From the NCBI GenBank assembly GCA_017504125.1, contig JAFVRT010000246.1, positions 1 through 42,501 of the forward strand: a stretch of DNA of 42,501 nt, read 5' to 3'. The stretch is from Lentisphaeria bacterium. Lineage in GTDB: Bacteria > Verrucomicrobiota > Lentisphaeria > Victivallales > Victivallaceae. Every line of letters starts with the position of its first letter. Within the stretch, counting starts at the first letter, position 1. Of the stretch, positions 34,757 through 41,585 are shown piece by piece. Both the position numbers and the translations under genes were made by a program. The notes below the pieces were generated by a model that saw only the letters and a list, made by a program, of their open reading frames with translations, ran no database searches and was not told the DNA's origin.

Positions 34757-35323
34757 TCAGGCTTTGCTGACCCGTTCAGCGTAGGTACCGGTACGGGTAT
34801 CGATCTTGACGATATCGCCCTGATTGATAAAAAGAGGAACCTGGATCTCAAAACCGTTGTCGATCTTGGCCGGTTTCATGACATTGGTGGCGGTATCGCC
34901 GCGGGCACCGGGTTCAGTTTCGGTGATTTCCTTTTCGATAAAGGTGGGCAAAGTGATCTCAATGGGTTCGCCGTTGAAAAGCACGAAGTTGCAGACACTT
35001 TCCTCGATGAGGAAATATTTGCTGTCGCCCAGAGTTTCCTCGGAAACGGGGAATTCTTCGTAGGTATTGGGATCACTGAAAACATACTGATTGCCGTCAT
35101 AATATCCGTAGATCATTTCCCGTTCTTCGAGATCGGGTTTTTCGATCTTATCGGTGGGACGGTAGGTTTTTTCCATACCGGCTCCGGAGATCATGTTTTT
35201 CAGTTTGCAGCGGTAGAGAGCAGTTCCCTTACCGGGTTTGCAGAAATCGAATTCGGTGATTACCCACGGTGCGCCGTCAATTTCGATCTTGAGGCCTTTT
35301 CTGAGGTCTGAAGCATTGTACAT
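34757..35323 (-). CDS. efp: Elongation factor P
   Basis: 188 aa from the ATG at 35323 (AGGAG upstream). It has MYNASDLRKGLKIEIDGAPW, KPGKGTA (the Lys34-equivalent loop) and GDTATNVMKPA. The track start at 35386 lies upstream of the predicted promoter -10. Confidence 0.95.
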   Translation of the reverse strand: MYNASDLRKGLKIEIDGAPWVITEFDFCKPGKGTALYRCKLKNMISGAGMEKTYRPTDKIEKPDLEEREMIYGYYDGNQYVFSDPNTYEEFPVSEETLGDSKYFLIEESVCNFVLFNGEPIEITLPTFIEKEITETEPGARGDTATNVMKPAKIDNGFEIQVPLFINQGDIVKIDTRTGTYAERVSKA

Positions 35324-35364
35324 TCTTGAATCTCCTGTTGTTTTACCAATAGATGCATTTGCAT

Positions 35365-35393
35365 AATATACACCACCTTTACGCATTTTTCAA
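35365..35393 (-). promoter_or_regulatory. Candidate efp-epmA promoter (TTGAAA-17-TATATT)
   Basis: Minus-strand -35 TTGAAA (35393..35388), 17-nt spacer, -10 TATATT (35370..35365). Confidence 0.5.
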
Positions 35394-35402
35394 ATAAATG
35401 TC

Positions 35403-35431
35403 TTGAAATCATCAATGTTTGGTGTTAAATT
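35403..35431 (+). promoter_or_regulatory. Candidate glycerate-kinase operon promoter (TTGAAA-17-TAAATT)
   Basis: -35 TTGAAA 35403-35408, 17-nt spacer, -10 TAAATT 35426-35431. It is divergent from the efp promoter, which lies 10 nt away. Confidence 0.4.
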
Positions 35432-35469
35432 AGTATTCAGAGTGAGTAATAAAAGCAGGAGGATCTTCT

Positions 35470-36609
35470 ATGAAAATAATAATCGCTCCGGACTCTTTCA
35501 AAGGGGCATTGCGCTCCCCGCAGGTCTGCGAAGCCTTGCTGAGCGGCTGGCGTTCCCGCCGCAAAGATGACGAAGTATTGCTTTTTCCGCTGGCCGACGG
35601 CGGGGAAGGAACATGTGAAGCATTGGTCAACTCCACAGGGGGGGAATTTTTTGCTCTTCCGGCGCACGATCCGCTGATGCGTGAAATTTCCGTCCGGTGC
35701 GGGATCTCCGGTGACGGTCTGACCGGCATCATGGAACTTGCCGCAGCCTCCGGTATCGAACTGCTGCAGAAAGGTGAACTCGATCCCCTGAAAGCCACCA
35801 CCTACGGCAGCGGCGAAGTGATGAAATTCCTTCTTGAACGCGGATGCCGCAAATTTCTGCTGGGCATCGGAGGTTCTGCCACCGTGGACGGCGGAGCGGG
35901 CATGCTCCAATCTCTCGGCGCACGCTTTTTTGACAGTAACGGAGCTGAACTTGCGCCCGGTATCGGCGGCGGCGATCTGAACCGTATCGCCAAAGCGGAT
36001 CTTTCTGCCCTCGACTCAAGAATTTTCAGTTCCTGCATACAAGTTGCATGCGATGTTACCAATCCGCTGCTGGGTCCCGATGGCGCGGCGGCGGTTTTCG
36101 CTCCTCAGAAAGGCGCAACGCCTGAAATGGTGAAGATCCTGGAATCCAACCTCAAACATTGGTCGGATCTTTGCGGCGGTTCACCGGAGTCCCCCGGAAA
36201 CGGTGCGGCAGGCGGAGTGGGTTTCATGCTGCGTCAGGTGCTGAAAGCGGAAATAACTTCGGGTGCGGAAGTGGTGATCCGCAACTCCGGAGCGGCAGAA
36301 GCTCTCCGGAACGCCGATCTGCTCATCACCGGCGAGGGATGCTCCGACGAACAGACCGTTTGCGGAAAACTCCCGGCTGTGATCGCTGAAACTGCGGCGG
36401 GATACGGAGTCCCGGCAGTACTTTGCTCCGGAGCGGTGAAGGGAAATTATGCAGCTCTGGAAAAAGTTTTTTGCGGAGTATTTTCCATTTCCAACGGCGC
36501 GATATCTCTTGACGAAGCCATAAAAAACACTTTTCAGAATCTCCGTCTGACCGGAGCCAATCTGGCAGGTCTGGCCGACGCTTTTATCAAAAGAAAGGAA
36601 AAACCATGA
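35470..36609 (+). CDS. glxK: Glycerate kinase (GlxK/GarK family)
   Basis: 379 aa. MKIIIAPDSFKGAL, PLADGGEGT, GIGGSATVDGG and ITGEG are family blocks. AGGAGG RBS upstream. Confidence 0.88.
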   Translation: MKIIIAPDSFKGALRSPQVCEALLSGWRSRRKDDEVLLFPLADGGEGTCEALVNSTGGEFFALPAHDPLMREISVRCGISGDGLTGIMELAAASGIELLQKGELDPLKATTYGSGEVMKFLLERGCRKFLLGIGGSATVDGGAGMLQSLGARFFDSNGAELAPGIGGGDLNRIAKADLSALDSRIFSSCIQVACDVTNPLLGPDGAAAVFAPQKGATPEMVKILESNLKHWSDLCGGSPESPGNGAAGGVGFMLRQVLKAEITSGAEVVIRNSGAAEALRNADLLITGEGCSDEQTVCGKLPAVIAETAAGYGVPAVLCSGAVKGNYAALEKVFCGVFSISNGAISLDEAIKNTFQNLRLTGANLAGLADAFIKRKEKP

Positions 36610-37919
36610 CGATCGCACGCACAGTACAAAACCGTATCGACCGGCTGATGAAGTGGTATCTCCCTTCCCGGCTGGGCATCTTTTATCATTACGGCCTTTT
36701 CACCGGCGGCGGCAAGGCAGTTGCCGACCCAAGTTCATGTAAGGCTCTGACATACAAATCACCGGAAGAATTTGAAGCTGCCGCCCCTGATCCGGAAGCA
36801 GTGGCCAAAAATCTCGTTCAGAACGCTCTGGATATGGGAGCCGGATATATGATACTTACCCTGATCCATACCTGCGGCGGTCTGATGATGCTCTATCCCA
36901 CAAAACAGCCGGAGTTCAGAAGAAAGACTACTCTGGATTACATCGGGGCATATCTCAGAGCAGCACGGGCAGCCGGACTTTACCCCATGCTTTACTATCC
37001 CGGCGACTGCCACAATCACGATGCGGCGGAAACTCTGGGGGCAGTTGCTCCGGAAATAACTCCGGACGGCTGCGAGGAGTTTTTTGAACTTTCGGTCCGG
37101 GTGACAGACGAACTGAAAGAACGCTACGGCGATCTGATAGCAGGTTTCTGGCTGGACGGTGATGCTCCCGGACACTTCAGCAAACTGCCGGGAGAAATAC
37201 GCAAACGCTTCCCTGATGCGGTCATCACCGTCAACAGCCGTGATGAATTCAGCATCACCGAACAGGATATGGGAACCACCGAATTCTGCGGCGAAAAACC
37301 CGATCCGCCATACAACCGGGCCGGAACGTTCCGCAAAGAGAACCCATGGCGCAAAGCCTTGCCCCCCAAGAATCTCAACGAAGATATCCCCGCACCCAAC
37401 AATTGGTGGTATCAGGGCCCCGGAACAGTAAAACAGGAGTACCTTGATGACCGTTTTTTTCTGCTGCGCCAGATGATAACTTCGCTGGGGCAGCAGGGCA
37501 TGTGGAACTTCGCCCCCGGCATCGGTCCCATGATCGACGGCCGTGTTCCTCCGGAACTCCGTCCTTCTCTGGAAGCGATTTCAGAGTTTCTCAAATGGGG
37601 CGGCGAGGCTGTATACGGTACACGCGGCCCTGCCGGAACATTTTTTTCACCGGGATTTTTTCAGGTGCTTGAAAGTTCCGGATTTTATTCTGTAACCACT
37701 CCGCTGCAGGAGTCAAACATCTTTTACGCGCTGGTCACAGAAAAACCCTCCGGCAGTTACGCTTTCTTTGAAACATCGGGCCATGAACCGAAGCGGATCA
37801 CCGATCTGCGCACCAAACGGATCATACCTTTTGAAATGTGGCACGGCGCAGCCGTCAAAGATCACGACTGGAGCGATGTCGATGAACGCGGCGTTGCGGT
37901 ATTGAAGTTTGAATTTTGA
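36606..37919 (+). CDS. Divergent alpha-L-fucosidase-like (GH29-like) protein
   Basis: 437 aa. It aligns by eye with the GH29 N-terminal TIM barrel: LGIFYHYG vs FGIFIHWG, GAGYMILTLIHTCGG vs GAKYVVLTTKHHDGF, GLYPMLYYP vs GLRFGVYYS, and FWLDGD vs LWNDMG. There is an ATGA overlap with the glycerate kinase gene. Confidence 0.5.
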   Translation: MTIARTVQNRIDRLMKWYLPSRLGIFYHYGLFTGGGKAVADPSSCKALTYKSPEEFEAAAPDPEAVAKNLVQNALDMGAGYMILTLIHTCGGLMMLYPTKQPEFRRKTTLDYIGAYLRAARAAGLYPMLYYPGDCHNHDAAETLGAVAPEITPDGCEEFFELSVRVTDELKERYGDLIAGFWLDGDAPGHFSKLPGEIRKRFPDAVITVNSRDEFSITEQDMGTTEFCGEKPDPPYNRAGTFRKENPWRKALPPKNLNEDIPAPNNWWYQGPGTVKQEYLDDRFFLLRQMITSLGQQGMWNFAPGIGPMIDGRVPPELRPSLEAISEFLKWGGEAVYGTRGPAGTFFSPGFFQVLESSGFYSVTTPLQESNIFYALVTEKPSGSYAFFETSGHEPKRITDLRTKRIIPFEMWHGAAVKDHDWSDVDERGVAVLKFEF

Positions 37920-37926
37920 AACAAAT

Positions 37927-38520
37927 ATGAAAATTACAAAAATGAAAGTGTTATTTGCAATACCTGTTTTGTTTTTTATACCGCTGTTTCTCGGCGGCTC
38001 GGAAATAATGCTCCACAAACCCACTCTGCAGTATCTGGGAAAAAGGATCGTGAACCGCCGCACTTCACCGGGAAACAGCGGAGTGATCACCATGGAAAAA
38101 ATTCCGGAACTCGGCTACCGTTTTATAATTGCACTCCAGAATAAGGGCAGCAATATCACAAGACTTGCCACCGGATTCAATCACATCCGCTTCGATGCGG
38201 AACCGGGAAAAAATCTTTTTGTGCTCCGTCTGAGCCACAATCTGATGAGTTTCAAACCCGGAACCGGTGAAAATGCCTTTCCGCTGATTCTGCCGGTCGA
38301 AAATTTCCGTATCGTAACTCTGCACCCCGGCGAGGGAACCATGCTCAATGTGACCTGCTGGATCCCGGAAGAAAAACTCCGTTCCGGCGACAAACTGGCA
38401 GTAGAATATGCACCGCGCAATTTCAAAAGATATGATTTTATGCAAATGCGTATAAGATCCGAAGCAATTGAGTTCAAATTCCCGGTAAAAAATAAGAAAA
38501 ACACCCCGGTGATAATTTAA
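37927..38520 (+). CDS. Hypothetical secreted protein (197 aa), no recognisable family
   Basis: The N-terminus MKITKMKVLFAIPVLFFIPLFLGGSE looks like a signal peptide. GC content is lower than in the neighbours. It starts 7 nt after the upstream stop. The start could also be the ATG at 37942. Confidence 0.45.
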   Translation: MKITKMKVLFAIPVLFFIPLFLGGSEIMLHKPTLQYLGKRIVNRRTSPGNSGVITMEKIPELGYRFIIALQNKGSNITRLATGFNHIRFDAEPGKNLFVLRLSHNLMSFKPGTGENAFPLILPVENFRIVTLHPGEGTMLNVTCWIPEEKLRSGDKLAVEYAPRNFKRYDFMQMRIRSEAIEFKFPVKNKKNTPVII

Positions 38521-38528
38521 GAATCCGC

Positions 38529-38552
38529 TTGAAACAAAGTAAGATGTTTCAA
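38529..38552 (+). terminator. Hairpin after the hypothetical gene (weak terminator candidate)
   Basis: TTGAAACA 38529-38536, 8-nt loop, TGTTTCAA 38545-38552. It is AT-rich and the trailing sequence is AAATCTAATAAC, which has no clear U-tract. Confidence 0.25.
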
Positions 38553-38591
38553 AATCTAATAACAATATTACAATTTTAAAGATTTTTGCTA

Positions 38592-38620
38592 TTGCAAAAA
38601 CGGTATTTTTCGTGTATATT
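38592..38620 (+). promoter_or_regulatory. Candidate promoter of the GH63-like/GH2/phosphoesterase unit (TTGCAA-17-TATATT)
   Basis: -35 TTGCAA 38592-38597 (the same TTGCAAAAA extended form as at rplU), 17-nt spacer, -10 TATATT 38615-38620. Confidence 0.5.
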
Positions 38621-38703
38621 CCTCAAGAACAGTAAAAATTCACAGTTTTTCACCGGATTTTCAAATCCCCGGCTTGAAGCCAAAACATAAGGTGCTGTTT
38701 TTT

Positions 38704-39918
38704 ATGAGTATCACATTTGCTCCGTTGCTGGCGGAAGCGGAACAACCGGAGTTCGCGCCATGGCGCAATCTGCTGCGTGCCCTTGCGCTGCTTCACGAAA
38801 GCTCCCTCTACCGGGTTCCGGGCTGCAAAGCTCCATACCCGCTGGAAACATTGGGGCCCGGATATTATTTTTCGCCTGCGTTCAGCCATTGGGATCTGAT
38901 ATACTGTCTGCTGGACTTCTGTCCGGTGATGCCGGAACACACTCTGCAGCAATTGGAAAACATGCTTTTCTTCCAGCAGCCCGACGGTTCGCTCCCCGGA
39001 GCGATATTCTTCCGCAACGGCCCGCTTGAAAGTCCGGAACCCTACTGGTACTCCACCTTCCCGGCGGTCTGGCCCATGGCTGCCGATGAATACACAAGAG
39101 TTACCGGCACAAACAAAGCCATCGAACTCTGTTACGAACCCCTGTGCCGTCAGATCAGCTGGTACGAAGCCAACCGTAAAGCCGACGGTTTCGGCTTCTT
39201 TTACACCGACACCCTGGAACCGAAAACCTGGGAAAGCGGCGTAGATGAAAGTCCCCGCTGCGAACTCTTTCAGGAGCGCGGCAAATTCCCCTGCTGCGAT
39301 GCGACGAGCCACCTCTGGCTGCTTTATGATGCCGCCGCCCGTTGGGGAACTGCTCTGGGCAAAGGTGATAAGGGCTATGCCGCCAAACGGGATGAACTGG
39401 GCGTACTGCTGAGAGAAAAATTCTTCTCTGATGAAACCGGATTCTTCCACGATGCCTATCTGCTGGAACACGGGATCAAATTCCGTACTCTCAACGCTCT
39501 CTGGCCCTTTGTTTTCGGCATAGCCTCCAAAGAACAGGCTGACCGCATAATCGACGGAAGTCTGCTGGATCCGTCGCGTTTTTTCACCGAACACCCCCTG
39601 CCGTATGTGGCGGTCGACGAACCATGCTTTGAACTGCGGATGTGGCGCGGCGGAGCCTTCACTTCGGCGACACTCATGATACTTCTGGGCTGTCTGAAGT
39701 ATGGCCGGCAGGATGCCGCCGTGAAAATAGCAGAAAGAGTCATGCACTACGGCGAAATTTACGCCAAAAGAACTATGGCGATCTGGGAGTTTTATCATCC
39801 TTTCGGCCAATCTCCCCGCAGCATGGGCCGCAAATCTTCCCCGTGGCTGATGCCCTGCAGTCAGTATGTGGGACACAACCCCTTCTTTGCCGTGGCAAGG
39901 ATCCTTACACAATATTAA
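38704..39918 (+). CDS. GH63-like / MGH1-like (alpha/alpha)6-barrel glycoside hydrolase, cytoplasmic
   Basis: About 404 aa. FSHWDLIYCLLD, KTWESGVDESPR (the ESG.D.SPR block shared by GH63/GH37-type barrels), CCDATSHLW and IWEFYHP. I chose the ATG at 38704 (AAGGTG 9 nt upstream). The track TTG at 38674 is also possible. Confidence 0.6.
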   Translation: MSITFAPLLAEAEQPEFAPWRNLLRALALLHESSLYRVPGCKAPYPLETLGPGYYFSPAFSHWDLIYCLLDFCPVMPEHTLQQLENMLFFQQPDGSLPGAIFFRNGPLESPEPYWYSTFPAVWPMAADEYTRVTGTNKAIELCYEPLCRQISWYEANRKADGFGFFYTDTLEPKTWESGVDESPRCELFQERGKFPCCDATSHLWLLYDAAARWGTALGKGDKGYAAKRDELGVLLREKFFSDETGFFHDAYLLEHGIKFRTLNALWPFVFGIASKEQADRIIDGSLLDPSRFFTEHPLPYVAVDEPCFELRMWRGGAFTSATLMILLGCLKYGRQDAAVKIAERVMHYGEIYAKRTMAIWEFYHPFGQSPRSMGRKSSPWLMPCSQYVGHNPFFAVARILTQY

Positions 39919-39938
39919 AACAAGGAGATGTTTTTATC

Positions 39939-41585
39939 ATGAATATTCTTAATCTTGACGGAGCCTGGGATTTCACCTTTGATGCCCAGGCAGCCGCGAT
40001 CCCTGAAACTCTGCCTGAGCTCACCTGGGAAAGTTCCCTTTCAGTTCCCGGATGTTTTGATGTTGCCGCCCCGTATTTCGGGAAACGGGGTGTCGGTTAC
40101 TACCGTACCTTCGTCCGTACCGGCGGTCTGATCCGTCTTTCGATCGACGGAGTCGGTGTGGAGGGCAAAGTTTTCTGGGACGGCAGATTCATCGGGGCAT
40201 GTCCTTACGCCTATATGCCCGAAAAATTCACCTTTGATGCGGGCGAAAAGGGCGAACACGAACTGGTCATCGTGATCTGCAACCACTTCAACAAGATCTA
40301 TTTCCCCTACTACGACTTCTACGCCTACGGCGGTATTTTCGGCAGCGTCAAGGTGGAGGAACTCCCCGGCTACTGCATCGACCTGCTCAAAGTAACCACT
40401 CTTGATTACAAAACCGGCAGAGTGAGTGCCGATGTTACTGTGAACAAATTTTTCCGCAAGGCCCGTCCCATCGTCTTTGAGATCGACGGCAAGGAGGTGC
40501 TTAAAGGTGAATTTGCCGGTAAAAACAATGTTTACGAATTCAATGTTCCCGATTTCAAACTCTGGTCGCCTGAAGCCCCCAATCTTCACCGGCTGCGGGT
40601 CGTACTGGGCGATTTTGAACACTCATGCAATATCGGACTCCGCACCATTGAAACCAAAGGTGTGAAACTGCTCCTCAACGGCAGGGAACTGCGCCTCATG
40701 GGCTACAACCGCCACGACAGTCATCCGGAGTTCGGCGCGGCAATTCCGGGTTCGCTGCAGGCCGCCGATCTGCAGATGCTCAAAGATCAGGGCAGCAACT
40801 TCATCCGCGGCAGCCATTATCCTCAGCGTGAAAGTTTCCTCGATCTGTGCGACAAACTGGGTATCCTCATCTGGGAGGAAACTCTGGGTTGGGATGTGCG
40901 TGATGCGGAGCTTTTCAAACCTGAATTCCTTTTCAAGCAGAAAGATCAGGCAAGGAAACTTTCACAGACCCACTACAATCACCCCTGTATCATCATCTGG
41001 GGCTTCATGAATGAAACTTTGAGCGAAGACAAACGCTGCCGCAAGATAATCCAAAAGGTCTATGACACCTACAAGGCAAACGACGCTACCCGCCTTGTTA
41101 CCTACGCGTCAAACCGTTACGAAAAAGATATCTGTATGGATATCGTGGATATCGTGGCCATGAATCCTTATCCCGGCTGGGGTGATATCAGTTTCGAAGA
41201 AGTCCACAGCATCCACCGCATACGGCCCCGTTTTGAGGCTCTGGAAAAAGCTGTCCCGGCCGACAAGCCCTACATGATAAGTGAAACCGGTGCTTCCGCC
41301 ATTTACGGACACCGCGATCCCCACCGTCTGCGCTGGAGCGAAGAATATCAGGCGGAACTGGTAACTGAAGTATGCAATGTGATCCTGCGCGATCCCCGTT
41401 ACTGCGGACTTGCGTTCTGGCACTTCTGCGATGCCAAAAGCTATCTCAACGGCGGCCGGGTCAAAGGCCTCAACGACAAGGGTATCCTCAACGAATACCG
41501 TCAGCCCAAGATGGCATGGCACGCCATTACTGAGTCCATAAAAGAAATCGGCCTCATTCCTGCGGCAAAGGGAAAGAAAAAATGA
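39939..41585 (+). CDS. GH2-family glycoside hydrolase (beta-glucuronidase/beta-galactosidase-like)
   Basis: 548 aa from the ATG at 39939 (AAGGAG at 39922-39927). It has NLDGAWDF, NFIRGSHYPQ, NHPCIIIWGFMNE (acid/base NE) and YMISETG (nucleophile E). The track start at 39642 lies inside the previous gene. Confidence 0.85.
   Translation: MNILNLDGAWDFTFDAQAAAIPETLPELTWESSLSVPGCFDVAAPYFGKRGVGYYRTFVRTGGLIRLSIDGVGVEGKVFWDGRFIGACPYAYMPEKFTFDAGEKGEHELVIVICNHFNKIYFPYYDFYAYGGIFGSVKVEELPGYCIDLLKVTTLDYKTGRVSADVTVNKFFRKARPIVFEIDGKEVLKGEFAGKNNVYEFNVPDFKLWSPEAPNLHRLRVVLGDFEHSCNIGLRTIETKGVKLLLNGRELRLMGYNRHDSHPEFGAAIPGSLQAADLQMLKDQGSNFIRGSHYPQRESFLDLCDKLGILIWEETLGWDVRDAELFKPEFLFKQKDQARKLSQTHYNHPCIIIWGFMNETLSEDKRCRKIIQKVYDTYKANDATRLVTYASNRYEKDICMDIVDIVAMNPYPGWGDISFEEVHSIHRIRPRFEALEKAVPADKPYMISETGASAIYGHRDPHRLRWSEEYQAELVTEVCNVILRDPRYCGLAFWHFCDAKSYLNGGRVKGLNDKGILNEYRQPKMAWHAITESIKEIGLIPAAKGKKK

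Noticed and set aside
33905-35323. efp-epmA adjacency without epmB, considered as an incomplete EF-P modification pathway.
   Set aside because: efp-epmA linkage is well known, and epmB is frequently encoded elsewhere. The window alone cannot show that it is absent.
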